Source: Octopus vulgaris (taxonomy: Eukaryota). Taken from it: DNA of 64,000 nt. Location of the stretch: the NCBI GenBank assembly GCA_951406725.2, contig OX597829.1, positions 50,964,001-51,028,000 on the forward strand, read 5' to 3'. The notes beneath the pieces were generated by a model. That model had not been told where the DNA came from. It did not search any database and worked only from the letters and a program-made list of their open reading frames with translations. This document shows positions 13,106 through 26,839 of the stretch, in pieces. A program made the position numbers and the translations under genes. Every line of letters starts with the position of its first letter. Position 1 is the first letter of the stretch.

Positions 13106-13621
13106 TTTGTACATATATATACACACATATATATATACATACATACCCATTATAAAATACATATAAAAAGCTGACATGTTTTTCTCTTCCAGAAAAAGCT
13201 TTGTAGAGTGTTCTTGTAGATGCACATTGTCACTCATACCCTCCACTAACCCCTTATAGAATACAAGATTTTGTTCTACTGCCAAAGTGATGTCCAACTG
13301 ATATAGTGCCGTGTGTGCCTGATAATAGAATGACAAGTGTCCAATATCCATCTAAGTTTGGCCCATGTTTGTAGCTTGATGAAAGAGATGAGCTGCAGAA
13401 AGACATGGCATAAAAAAATGTCTACACTAAATAGCCCTCATTTTTATAACTGTCATCACTGTTGCTGCAGTTAAGATATTTCGAAAGGTGTATCAACCTC
13501 AATGCATGCCAGCACATTATCACAAGACAACCACAGGGTGGGTGTGGCAGTAGACGGATTTCCTGACCTGTTGAATCTGACCCTTCCGTAAGAAGAGGAA
13601 AAGTATGTACGTCTAAAAGGT

Positions 13622-13936
13622 AAAGACTTCTTTTGGTCATGAATGACCATAGGATTGCACATAGAAAGTTACCTTCCGAGACACCAGTCCAGACAAGGTT
13701 GTTTGTGGAGGATTAACAGTCAACCATGCATACCGGTTGTTATCCAAGGAAATGACAGAGGTCAATACAGTTTGGCACCAGTGATGTCACAACTCATTTC
13801 TACAGCTGAGAGAACTGGAGTGACATGAAATAAAAGTATTTTGTTCAAGAACACAACACACAGCCTGGTCTGGGAATCAAACTCACTACCTCATGATTGT
13901 GAGCCTGACATTCTAGCCACTGAGCCATGCACCTCC
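13622..13936 (-). mobile_element. tRNA-head SINE with Meta-like central domain; related heads at 50395-50662(-) and 60935-61258(-)
   Basis: A box TGGCTCAGTGG, B box GAGTTTGATTCCC, then 'tgtgttcttgaacaaaatac...ctccagt...ctcagctg...aaatgagt'. Confidence 0.7.
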
Positions 13937-14164
13937 TATGTGCTTCCAAGTGGTCAGATATTTCTTGAGATGCAGTACACCTACTGGTGGTGGTACACCT
14001 ACAAAGCAAGGTTGACATTGGTCACTTCCACTAAACTTTACAGAAACAACCTCCACTCAACCCATGTCTGAATGAGACTGGCTACTCTGTTTGAGGCCTT
14101 CACCCCAGTTCCTATCCTAAGTACCTTAACTGACCACTTCAGAGACAGAAATTACCAATGACTA

Positions 14165-14320
14165 ACATGGACATTACTTGGTACCAATTTGCAGGCTCTC
14201 TGACATGTGCTTCTATACACTCCTATTATTCTTACATATCAACTACATCCATATCCAAAGTGTCAAATACTATGACAGTGATGTTGTCCACATATGCAGT
14301 CACGGCTTCCCTGTGACTTT
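14165..14320 (-). mobile_element. Tx1/L1-type RT fragment, highly decayed
   Basis: Minus-strand VTAYVDNITVIV (cf. AYADD) followed by a LQIGT-like segment. Confidence 0.45.
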
Positions 14321-14724
14321 AAAAGGCATCATACTCTTTCAAAAGCAGGATTCCCTTCAAAGTGAAAGCAGAGCCACTTCTGCTGAAGTTGGCATTTTGC
14401 TGCAACTTCCTTGTGGCTTTTCTACTTCCCGGCACAAGAGTTGTGCAAGCCCTTGGCTTTGGTATCAAAGTCCGCCATCACTAAAAGTAGCTCAGCAAAA
14501 AGTTACTGAAAAATGATCATGCACATCTCTTAGGAAATGGAGAACACATATTCTCACTGCAGCTGGTCAAAGACTGAATTGTGGCTTTGTTGCGATGCTA
14601 TGCATTCCACAACAGCAATCCATTGAATGGCTTTTATGCACCTAGGTTTTTGACATATGTGCTCAAACAAAAACAATGTTTCCTCTGCATTTCATGTTGA
14701 ATGAGACCAACCTCAAGTGTTGTC

Positions 14725-15185
14725 ATGTAGATTGTTTTGTCTTTGTATAAAAGATGGGCTGCAGCAAATATTCTGCTCAATACCACAGATTTGCTTGTCA
14801 GTTGTTTGACCTTAACCAGTTGAGCATGTCCCTTAGTGGCTGGCAATATGTGCATCTCTGATGACGAGCAGGAGTAGTGGGGGAGCATCATAGCCATGAG
14901 TTGAGAGGGATTCTTTGGATTTTGGATAATTCACCTTTGGAAACATGGGTGTTTCCTTCAACATACTTAAACCTTATTCACGGACCTTTTGAGCAGAATG
15001 GGCTACTCAACCTGAAGAAAATCCTAAAGGAGCTCTACCTTCAAGGTCATGCAGACATATGGTTGTGATGTATGTGCCTGGTGTACTCTTATCAGATGGG
15101 TAGCCATGATGGGTATATTGAGATCCATATATTTGTACCCTAATGTCACTTTGACGACATGCACTGCTCTCTCACTCAATAACAA
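14725..15185. mobile_element. Dispersed repeat with an inverted partial copy at 15505-15705
   Basis: 15010-15185 is the reverse complement of 15505-15705 (diverged); both abut TAA/ATT tracts. Confidence 0.65.
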
Positions 15186-15722
15186 TTATCTTTTCTACTA
15201 TAGGTACAAGGGGTAGTGGGGCTAGTTGATTACATCAACCTCAGTGTTTCACTGGTACTTACTTTCTTGACCACCACCACCACCACCACCAAAAGGATGA
15301 AAGGCAAAGTTGACCTTGGTGGAATTTGAACTCAGAACAAAGCTGGAAAAATTGTCACTTAGCACTTTGTCTGGTATGTTAAGGATTCTGTGAGATCACC
15401 ACAGGCAGAGTAGTAGTAGTAGTAGTAGTAGTAACTATTATTATTCAGTAGTCATATTTTTGTCACATGCTTTCAATGCCTTGTGCCTTTAATAGAAAAG
15501 ATTATTATTGAGTTAGAGAGCAGGGCATGCCATCAAAGTAACACCGGGGTACAAATATACAAACCCCAATATACCCATCATGACTACCCGTCTGATATAG
15601 GTACACCAGGAACATGCATCACAACCATATGTGCGCGACATGGTGATCTCATATCAAGATAAACAGCAGATGACCTTGCAGGTGGGGCCCAGTTATAATT
15701 TTCTTCTGTCTAGAAGTGCAGA

Positions 15723-16010
15723 GTGGAGACGCAATGGCCCAGTGACTAGGGCAGTGGACTCGCAGTCGGAGGATCGCGGTTTCAATTCTCAGACCGAGCG
15801 TTGTGTGTTTATTGAGCGAAAACACCTAAAGCTCCACAAGTACTCTTTAGCCCCAACTTTCTCTCACTCTCTCTTCCCGTTTCTTGAGTAACGCTGCGAT
15901 GGACTGGTATCCTGTCCAGCTGGGGGGGGGGGGGACATATGTCACAGAAACCGGGGAACTGAGCCCATGAGCCTGGCTAGGCTTGAAAAGGGTGCATAAA
16001 TAAATAAAAA
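15723..16010 (+). mobile_element. SINE type D (tRNA-Arg-like head) with 'ctgcgatggactgg' tail
   Basis: Head matches the copies at 22295 and 36474; A-rich end. Confidence 0.8.
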
Positions 16011-17061
16011 ATGCCTAGAAGTGCATACTCGGAACAGGCTCGTTCATTTGAACCATGCTTATTACTTTCATCCCCCTTTCAACTAATTTATTCAGAAACA
16101 GCATTCATTCTTCCACTGTCATTTATTTTTTACAAATGAAACTTTAAAAGGTTAATGATTGCTTGGACAAAGACGAAGGTTTCTGTCTTCAGCTTTTTCA
16201 ATTCCATCCATCACACAACCACTTTTGGCAAGGCCACCAGACAGATAAACTGCCTGCTTTTCTGAGCCAAAGGAAGGCAGTGAGATTATCTTTACCACAG
16301 ACTTAGCTAAGAACCAGATCCAACCTACAGGTGACTGCATGTCTTTGATATAATCCCACAAGACAACAATATTCAAGCACTAGAAAAGTATATGCAGAAC
16401 AGTTACGTCGCTCACATGCATCTTGGACCCGTCCTGGCTGATGGCATCTTGGAATGGTGATGTCTCTCCAGCCCCACGCACCGGTAGCACTGCCAAGCCA
16501 GGGATTTCTGTAAAATTTCCATGAGCCCAGACCTAAAAGTCATTCAGAACAGATCAGTTAATTGATTTTATTTCATCAACGCCAGAGTTTCCCCCCAAGA
16601 ACGTAATCACATCTGTCTTGCTAATAATAAATACTCCATGGTATTCACGAAAGCGAAAAATAGAACAAGTGTAAGGAGGAATTATTAAAATGAAATCAAT
16701 TCTTTATATCATTCTTTAATAATATTCTTCATTGAAATCGATTAGATAAATGCAAAAAAAACAACAAAAAAAAACGATTAAAAAATTTAGGAAAACGATA
16801 AGATAAAACTATTTTTATAGATTTATAAGAGTGAAAGATAAAGAGAGTGAACTAATGAAAAACAATTGAATAAGAACGTTTATACGGATAATTAATAATG
16901 TAAAGTAAAAGAATAGAAATGGTTGTATGCCCAAAGACAATTCTTGCTTGTTATTAGATAAGGGCTTTTAAAGAGAAACTTGGTTGGGTGGGCGAAGAAC
17001 ACGGACGGAACGATAGATGGATGAATAATAGTAGATGGATTGTAGACAAACGAATTATATA

Positions 17062-17100
<39 letters not shown>

Positions 17101-17102
<2 letters not shown>

Positions 17103-17617
17103 ATTAAAAGGGTTTAGCAACGATTTGTCTCACCATACACCGAATTTAGAAATAGCAGTCAAAAAGTTTTGGCTATTCTTTCTTTTTGACTGCTATTTCT
17201 AAATTCGGTGTGTGGTGAGGTAAATCGTTGCTAAACCCTTAATTACTTAGTATTACTTAAACCTTCCTTGAATGTGGCTTTTACATGCCAAACTCTACTT
17301 AGTGAAATTAATGATTATTTCTAAATTAATTAATTTCACCCTTTATTATTATTGATAATTATATATATATATATATATATAATAACAAAGGGTCAAATTA
17401 ATTAATTTAGAAGTAATCATTAATTTCACTAAGTAGAATTCGGTATGAAAAAGGGACCATTTCACGGTAAACTTAAGTAATACTTATTAATAAGGGTTCA
17501 GCGCAAAGATTTGTTTTACCACATACCGAAGTTTAGAAATAGAAGATTTTTTGGCTGCTATTTCTAAACTTCGGTATGTGGTAAAGCAAATCTTTGCTGA
17601 ACCCTTATTAATAAGTA
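17101..17617. repeat. Large compound palindrome centred on (TA)n, with a hairpin at the outer end of each arm
   Basis: 17101-17245 and 17486-17617 are each fold-backs; 17245-17355 is inverted relative to 17380-17486. Confidence 0.85.
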
Positions 17618-17701
17618 TATATATATATGTGTGTATATATATAGTTTGTTTTTATGTTCAGTTATAACAAAGATAATTTTACATTAATCTGATACATTAA
17701 T

Positions 17702-17846
17702 CTGTGTGGTAAGTAGCTTGCTAACCAACTACATGGTTCCGGGTTCAGTCCCACTGCGTGGCATCTTGGGCAAGTGTCTTAGCCCCGGGCCGACCAAAGC
17801 CTTGTGAGTGGATTTGGTAGACGGAAACTGAAAGAAGCCCGTCGTA

Positions 17847-17900
<54 letters not shown>

Positions 17901-18095
17901 TGTGTGTGTTTGTGTGTCTAGCATTGCTTGACAACCGATGCTGGTGTGTTTACGTCCCCGTCACTTAGCGGTTCGGCAAAAGAGACCGATAGAATAAGTA
18001 CTGGGCTTACAAAAAGAATAAGTCCCGGGGTCGAGTTGCTCGATTAAAGGCGGTGCTCCAGCATGGCCGCAGTCAAATGACTGAAACAAGTAAAT
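17702..18095 (+). mobile_element. SINE type A
   Basis: Consensus match with small deletions. Confidence 0.9.
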
Positions 18096-18120
18096 AAAAA
18101 AGTATTTATTAGTCTTACAC

Positions 18121-18226
18121 AAGAATGTTGATGACAGTAACTCCAAAGTTTCGGCTAGTTAGGCTTAAGTAATCCAATGATGGCTTAAGTAATCGAAACT
18201 TCGAAGTCGCTATCAACAACGTTCTT
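18121..18226. repeat. Fold-back stub, Penelope pseudo-LTR-like
   Basis: aagaatgttgatgacagtaactccaaagtttcg / cgaaacttcgaagtcgctatcaacaacgttctt, adjacent to (TA)n. Confidence 0.7.
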
Positions 18227-18239
18227 ATATATATATATA

Positions 18240-18640
18240 GAGAGAGAGAAAGTGGCAGAAAGACAGATTATGTAGTTGTATTTTGTACGTTTGTTATTTG
18301 AACTGTCAGAAAAATAAAGATCGGTTTTACCCACACGCACGCGCACGCACGCACACAGCATATATCGACAAGTGTGTGTGTGTGTGCATGTGTGTGTGTG
18401 TATTCCTTTTCTGATTGTTTACATACCATTTTGTGTGTAAACATGCACGCTTTAGCCCGTGCGCGGGCGCGTGTGTACGTGGTGTATATGTTTGTGCTGT
18501 CTGTTGTATGTGAGTGTATATATTATGACTTGTGAAAACGAGCGTGCACGTTGTATGTCGAAGTGAATAAAAGAGAAGGAGAGAGAAAGAAAGAGAGAGA
18601 AAGAGAGAGGGAAAGAATGAGGAGAGAAAGAGAGAGACCT
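18240..18640 (+). promoter_or_regulatory. Candidate promoter region
   Basis: Locally CpG-rich (cacgcacgcgcacgc, gtgcgcgggcgcg) with a GA tract, at the start of a ~2.4 kb stretch with no recognisable TE; inference. Confidence 0.35.
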
Positions 18641-18903
18641 CGTTTGTCTAAATGAACAGCAGTAGGTTTCGAGTCTCAGGGTATGATGTATATTTCAGGA
18701 TTTCAATAGGGGGATCTTGTCCTTACGGAAGTGCTAATCAACAAAAAGCAGTAGTTCTCTGAGAATACCTGCGCATTAAGTTCGGGTATTACACTATATA
18801 AATATATATACAGACAGATACACATTTTGGAATGTTACCTTAAGCAGATACCGATGCCCGATCTTCTGTGACCAGTTTCAATTGAAAATGCTCACCTATT
18901 GAG
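18640..18903 (+). other. Candidate non-coding first exon (start unknown)
   Basis: Strong donor GAG|GTAAGA at 18903/18904 followed by a T-rich intron-like sequence; only short uORFs (MPDLL*, MLTY*) next to the donor. Confidence 0.45.
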
Positions 18904-20889
18904 GTAAGAATAAAGAACTAAGTCTTTTTAAAGAATCGCTTATTATATATTTATTCATGTTTAATTATATGTTTAAATTGATGTATTTAAATTATGACTA
19001 GTTTAAAAATTCCCGTTTTTTTGTTTACCAATTTGGATATTGAGAAGAAATGAAGAAACAAAAAAAAAAGGATTAGAAAATATGTCATGTTTTGTGTTGT
19101 TAGCATTGTAACGGGGGGGAAGATTTTATTTATTTTTTTGAAATTGATTAAATCATGCGGAAAATTTTGGTGGAGTGAGACGGGGATGGAATTAATTAAT
19201 CAACAAAACATAATAATATTGCAAAAAACGAGAAGGAAAAAAAACAAGGTGGCTTTCTAAACTGTGGTTTGTTTTGAATGAACGTTGATAATTATTGGCG
19301 AGGTTGTTTATTGTTCTAACTATAGGCAATTAGTGTTCTCAGCGTGAAAGTATTTCCCATAAAGTCTGCTACAAATTGGAAATGCTCTTGTCTGTCGTAA
19401 AGTGAAAATTAATGTATTATACGCGTGGATTAGTTCACATGTATTAATTCATAATGATTACAAAAGCCGAGACGGAATGAGACCATAAAAAATATATATA
19501 TAACCGCATATAAGATATATTTATATGGCCTACCCGGTTTATTTATTTACACACGAATATACCAGAGAGAGAGAGAGAGCTGTTGTTTTTGTTTTAGCCA
19601 TTAGGTCAACATTTATTAGACAGAGACAGATCTGTAAGCGAAGGCATTTGTATAGATCTGACTATCCTGTCTTTGACGGTGTTTTTTGGAATAGCTGCCC
19701 CCTTAAAGTTCCATAATTCATAGCAAAGTGGGGGTGGACCCGTGCAGGTAGGGTGAGATCGAAGATAAAAAAAAAGGGGGGTAGAATCTGAATCGTAATA
19801 CAGGAATATTTATATTTCTTTTAAAAATTACCATTTTCTTTTACTATGAAGAATGGGATTTCGAGTGACGGCTATTCCAAAATTCCGCCTTGTCTTGCAG
19901 GAGGACGACAGAACCCCTCTATGTGCTTTATTGTAGGGTGTGGTCGGAAAGACACCGAGCTGTTATTTCTAGCAAAGTTAGCGACCGCGTAGAGGTTACT
20001 TAACTGGTTAGTGAGAAAATAAGCCAAATGACCTGCATAAGTCGAAAAATGCATCGAATGAGTAACGAACTCGTGCAGCGGATATCATCTACATACATCT
20101 ATATATATATATATATATATATATACACGCACACACGCAAATACAATACTTATGAAATTTGTATTTTATTTAAATCTATTGTGTATACGGTTATGCGAAA
20201 ATGCAGAGCCATGTGGCTCCTCTCTGTGTGTGCAGTTATGTGGTGCAGTCGCTTTACGTTTCCATGCAGTAGGCATCCCTGAGTATTTAACCTTTTCCCC
20301 CCTCTCGCTTGCTGTATTTGTGTGTGTGTGTGTCAGCGTGTTTACACACTCGAGGAAACGGGGAAATACTCTCCACTGCGTAGCCACCCGATTGCTCGGA
20401 AAAAGCAACCAAATCTCCCTCGAATTATATATATATACACACACGCTCCACCGGATTAAAAATCGAAGAGTAATGTAGTCATTGATGACACGCTTGCCGA
20501 TGGATGGAAAAATCGTTGAACATAGATCTCGATCAGTAACAAAACAATCATATACACATGCATATCACCTCCATCTCTTCTTTCTGAAGAAAAACATTAG
20601 CACGCACCGTTATGCGTACAAACATTCATCTAGTCATCCATACATCATGTGTGATTATGAAGATACATATACGTACGTCTACAGACACACACATATTTGT
20701 ATGTGTGTGTATACACATGTATATGTATCTGCATGTGTACATCCATACCTATGTGTGTGTGTGTGTGTATAGATGTTTGTGCGTGGGTATATGTATACGT
20801 ATGTAGTTTTGTGAATACACTTTATGTATATTTATGTGACAATGTGCATGTATGTGTGTGTATACCACACACACTCATACATACGTACA

Positions 20890-21815
20890 CCATCAGCATT
20901 TAACGTCCGTGTTCCATGCTAGCATGGGTTGGACGGTTTCAGAGGAACCGATGAATCCAAGGCCCGCATCGTGTTTTCATTGTTTGCTGTGTCACAGTTT
21001 CTATAGTTGAATTTCCTTCCTTAATGCCAACCACTTTGCAGTGTGTACAACGTGCTTTTCCGTGGCACCGGTATAAGCGAGGTCACTATGCAGTTCGCAA
21101 AGCTACGAACTTTGCAGGGGAAGAGGTGGTCGGAGGCCCTATGCCAGGAGACACAGGGGTCCAGGTATGAGAGAAGGGATCGGGAGTAAGTCCTTTGTTG
21201 TAGAGGAGCTACATGATTACTCACATTTAGAAGAGAGGCTGAGGATGGGTTGGGTGGATCGACAAAAGAGATAAATAATAATGACGAAGTGTCCGGGAAC
21301 AGAGAAACTAGGAGTGGTTAGGTTGCAGGAGTGTTTTTACGGGGTGAGCATGAGAGAATGGGAGAAGGGAAGTAGTCACCAACTGTAACTATTGGGTAGA
21401 GAGTGATGGATAAGGAGTGACGATGACCAGTGATGCGTGAATTTGGGAAGGTAAGAGGTATGTAGAAGAGGGCGGGAGAGATAAGCGGGATAGTAATAGT
21501 AATACAGTGGACAGGACGGGAGCGGTGAGAGAGAGACATGTGGTTGAGTAGGCTGCAGAAGTGGTGGAGAGAGGCAAGTATCGTGCACGATGAGAGATAA
21601 TTTGGTTTAGCGGAGGTGATGGTAGTGATGGTGGTGGGGGAATGAATCAGTGTTAATGTATGGGTGGAGAGAACAATATTTAATGGACGGAGAATGGTTA
21701 ACAAGTGACATAGTTCCGGGTAGCAGGAAAAAGTAAAGTGGTTATCAGTGGAGAGCTGTGGTGAGAGAGAGAGTTGACAGCGGAGGGAGGAGGGATACGC
21801 AGAGGAAATTTGGGA
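20890..21815 (-). mobile_element. Old RTE-type 3' tail with long purine-skewed UTR; similar element at ~29200-29952(+)
   Basis: Type C tail motifs at 20890-21075 continuing into a G/A-skewed region. Confidence 0.5.
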
Positions 21816-21833
21816 AAGGTACGCATTTATGCA

Positions 21834-22582
<749 letters not shown>

Positions 22583-22769
22583 ATGTACACACACAAACAC
22601 ACAGAGTGCTTCAGAACGCAGAACTCAATTTTTGCCAAGGAGGGAGGGTCTTCTCAAGAACAATGTGTAACCAGTGTTACTGGTCTTTTTGTCATTTTCT
22701 CTGAGAGATACACATACACACACGCACCGAATGCTTCCAGAATCTCATTTTCATTGAAGATAGGTGTGT

Positions 22770-23215
22770 CTTGAGAACTGTGTCACCAAGCATCCTGGTC
22801 CTTTATAATCTCCTTTATGAGGCTGAAGGTCTTGAAATCGGCCTTCACCATGTCATCCCATGTCTCACCCACTTATACAAGCTTCAACTACGTTAACTGA
22901 TTAGTACTTCTATAAAGAAGCTGTCCGCATCCATACATATATGTCCTTGCACATGGTATCCAATTCCTATTATGCCCAGCCTTTCTCTCAGCCCAATTTA
23001 CACACATTGCACATCCAATGGAGCATGATTGCTTCATTCATTTGTAGTCTTCTCAAGTCAGCTACATTCAATCAAGGCCCATATCTCTCTCCCATGCAGC
23101 ATTGCAGTTATAATGTAAGCGCATCATACAATCAGCCCTTCACTTTTAAGGAAAAGCCCTTTGTTGCCAGTAGATAGGTTGGCTCCCTGAACTTACTGCA
23201 ACCCATTCTTACACT
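22770..23215 (-). mobile_element. RTE LINE ORF2 C-terminal fragment, decayed
   Basis: Reverse complement similar to 56411-56880 (KFREPTYLLATKGFSLKVKG). Confidence 0.7.
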
Positions 23216-23234
23216 GGACAGTGTTGGATTAACC

Positions 23235-23453
23235 CAGTGCTTTTCAAACTTTTTGCTGGAGCGGAACCTCAAGGAAACATTCCACTGGCTCGGGGAACCC
23301 CTGTGCAATAATTTTATAGTCTTATGCACACATATCTGCACAGGAGACTTAAAAATTACTGCCGATTTAAGCAGTTTTGTAACTTCTTGCGGAACCCCTG
23401 GACTGTACTGGCGAAACCCTAAGGTTCCACGGAACCCTGGTTTAAAACCACTG
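23235..23453. mobile_element. hAT-superfamily MITE
   Basis: TIRs cagtgcttttcaaac / gtttaaaaccactg; perfect 8-bp TSD GATTAACC at 23227-23234 and 23454-23461. Confidence 0.9.
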
Positions 23454-24234
23454 GATTAACCATCAAGCAAAATAAGCATGTGTTTAGGTGGTGGGACATC
23501 ACAGGAATAGTAAATGGTTTACACCACAAAAGAAATCACTTTAAACTTGCTAAAATAATATTCAAAGTGGTTTATATGAGTGGAAATATAATTTCATAGT
23601 GAGGATCTGATCATAGAATTTGTGATTTAAAAAAAAGTAAGAGAAAACTTTTCAAATAAAGTCGAAGTATACAAAAATAGACATTATTTTCCTTCTTACA
23701 ATTTATATTAAGGTTTATCATTGTTTATGTTTTGAATTACATATATATATATATATAAAATATATATAAAAATACAAAATGGGACAAGAACGCAAAACAC
23801 TCAAATAGACGACACAAAAAACGGACGGGTCATTCGAAGCCTCTAATCTTCAGTCAAGAACCGGATCATCCTCGCAATTTCGGCTGATTAATCTTTATAT
23901 ACAGGCACCAAAATCTTTTAAGTGTTCAGGGCCTCTATGGGTCTTAATCCATCCTTAGAATTGCTCCAGTGTACATATCACAAAGAAAGCTTATGTTCTC
24001 TGCAAGTCTGTCTATAACTTTCATTCAGTACAGCATATGGAATTTATTCCTACACACCCTTTGCAGATCAACCAATGTTCTTTTCCTTGTCGGTATGAGG
24101 GTTCTGTTTTCTTTCCTACTTACTAAAACTATCGCCTTTGCTAAGTCAACTGTAAACATCTTAATTCTACGCTGACCTTCCATATCCAGAATTACCTGAG
24201 TGTGCATGCATATATATATATATATATATATATG

Positions 24235-24615
24235 AGCAAAACGCATCCCCATCCAATGGACGGTGCTGAGTTGTCAAACATTTAAACCAAATTTTCTCAA
24301 AACAACTTGTCCGACCGTCCCATAGGCCTCCCTTTTGAGAAACACTGATTAAACCTAAATTTGAGACACCAGCAAAAGAAGAAATAAAGATAGACTTTTT
24401 TTCTATTCCAAGAAAAACGATTTTACAAATGCACGTTCCCACGGCTTTATCGATCGCATTCTCACCTGGAATCGATTTTTGTAATTTTTTCAAGACTTAT
24501 ACACGCCCTGATACCGTCGGTATCTACATATCAAATTTGAGCGCAATCGGATGGAGGATGCCCAAGATCTTAAAAGACACACACATACAGACAGAAAGGA
24601 TTTTATATAATAGAT
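24235..24615 (+). mobile_element. Helitron/Helentron-like non-autonomous element
   Basis: 3' part 'caaatttgagcgcaatcggatg...acacacatacagacagaaaggattttatataatagat' resembles Lep1/HINE-type ends. Confidence 0.55.
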
Positions 24616-24967
24616 ATATTATATATATATATATATACATATATACAAATAAGAAAATGGAGGATGCATATTGATGTATATTGTTTTGTTTTATTTGGAT
24701 GTTCCTATCTATATAGTTAATAAATAATATGAAATGGTAATATCTGTAAATTGATGATTGAAATAAATTTGTTCCTCCATTTTCTTATTTGAATTATGAA
24801 TTTACGGTAAAATATTTTACCTTCGCCCATCTAATACAATAAATGAATTAATTGCATTGCAATTATAAGCATTTATGTATTTGCCTTTTGGGTACTTCAC
24901 CACCAGTATATTGGATAACTGATATCCCATAGTGGGTTACACTCATAACCCCTATCTTACTTTGCAC

Positions 24968-25034
<67 letters not shown>

Positions 25035-25206
25035 TATTCCATATCAGCTGCATCTAATGAGTGTATGGTTATATAATCGGATTGTTACCTAACACTTCAT
25101 TGAATTGCTAGCATGAAAGCGATTGGAAAGATTGGCCAAAATAGATATATGATACTGTACACTTCAGATAATATATGTATGTATGTATGTATGTATATAT
25201 ATATAG

Positions 25207-25256
<50 letters not shown>

Positions 25257-25437
25257 TAGCAGCTAAGCATAGTTTCACCTGGTTGATGGGAAATTGCACC
25301 CGTTTAAACTTGTAAGGTCATATCGGAGGAAGTGAGTGACATGGGAGTTATGAGTACCTCTTTGCCAGCCGCCGGTCCATTCAAGATTGTTGCCTGCAGA
25401 ACTCGGGAGCAGATGAATATTTTGATAATCATCTGCA

Positions 25438-26030
25438 TATAGGCGCAGGAGTGGCTGTGTGGTAAGTAGCTTGCTTACCAACCACATGGTTCCGGGTTCA
25501 GTCCCACTGCATGGCACCTTGGACAAGTGTCTTCTGCTATAGCCTCAGGCCAACCAAAGCCTTGTGAGTGGATTTGGTAGACGGAAACTGAAAGAAGCCC
25601 ATCGTATCTATATATACCGGAGTAAACACATAAATGTGAAACAAGGTGGAAAAAAGAGTACTCAAATACCAGTGGTAGAGTAATATACTTCATTTAAAAG
25701 CAGCAGAAATTCAACAAAACCTGTTACTCGGAGTTTCACGTTCCCGTTCGTCGGATAGTTTTGTTGAATTTCTGCTGCTTTTAAATAAAGTATATATATA
25801 TATGTGTGTGCGTGTATGTTTGTGTGTCTGTGTTTGTCCTCCTAGCATTGCTTGACAACCGATGCTGGTGTGTTTATGTCCCCGTCACTTAGCGTTTCGG
25901 CAAAAGTGACCAATAGAATAAGTACTGGGCTTACAAAAGAATAATTCCTGGGGTCGAGTTGCTCGATTAAAGGCGGTGCTACAGCATGGCCGCAGTCAAA
26001 TGACTGAAACAAGTAAAAGAGAGAGAGAGT
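25438..26030 (+). mobile_element. SINE type A interrupted by a fold-back element (25615-25792)
   Basis: Left and right arms intact; insert lies in the central (TA)n. Confidence 0.9.
25716..25762 (-). ncRNA. Minimal type-I hammerhead ribozyme-like motif (core CCGACGA)
   Basis: Minus strand: aaaactat CCGACGA acg-ggaa-cgt GAA actc-c-gagt A acaggtttt. Confidence 0.6.
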
Positions 26031-26839
26031 ATACCGTTGCACATTATTGGAGCATCTAAATTCCTTAGCAGCATGGTTGTCAGACCAACCTTCAGATGCA
26101 GTTCGTGAGGTGCTAATCATGCGGGTGTTTGAGAGTTAAGGAATTCAGGCGTAGCGTTTCTCAACCTTATCATTTCCGCTCCCCTGTTTCAGTTGGAGCC
26201 TTCAGCTGTACGAAAATTTTCTGACCCTCCTGCCCCACCTTTCGGCGGATTTGTCATGGGCCAGCTGGTCTATCTCAGATCCATGGGGAGCTGAATTAAA
26301 CTTTTCATCAGCACAGGGGAGCTGAAATAAATTTTTTCAATGTCCAATGGAAGCCAAATCACAAAAAAGGCTGATCTTTTTTTAGGCACATTGTAAAAGT
26401 AATTATAAAAGAATTGCTAAATATAAATATAAATATTTGCCATTTTAAGTCATCTCTAAAAACAAAGCTCATCAGATTTTGAATGAAATAATAATTTTAT
26501 TCATTTATTGAAAGTTGTAAATTTTGCCCGAGAAATAAAGCAAGTAATCACCAAATTCATTGTTAAAAATCTGCAACTCGATAGTAAATATCTCCAAATT
26601 GATTAGAAACGCATTAATTTAATAATAATGACGCTAAATAAAATTTGGTTGAGAAATACCAAAGAAATTACATTATATCAACAAAAAACAGACACGTATC
26701 TTTGTAGTGAACAGATTGTACTCAAGTGGAACATACCAAATACACAGTTGAAACGCTGTAGGATTTTTCTTTTCAGCGTTGAATGTTAACCATCTCACTT
26801 CCATTGCACATGCACACAAACACGCACACATATATTGTT

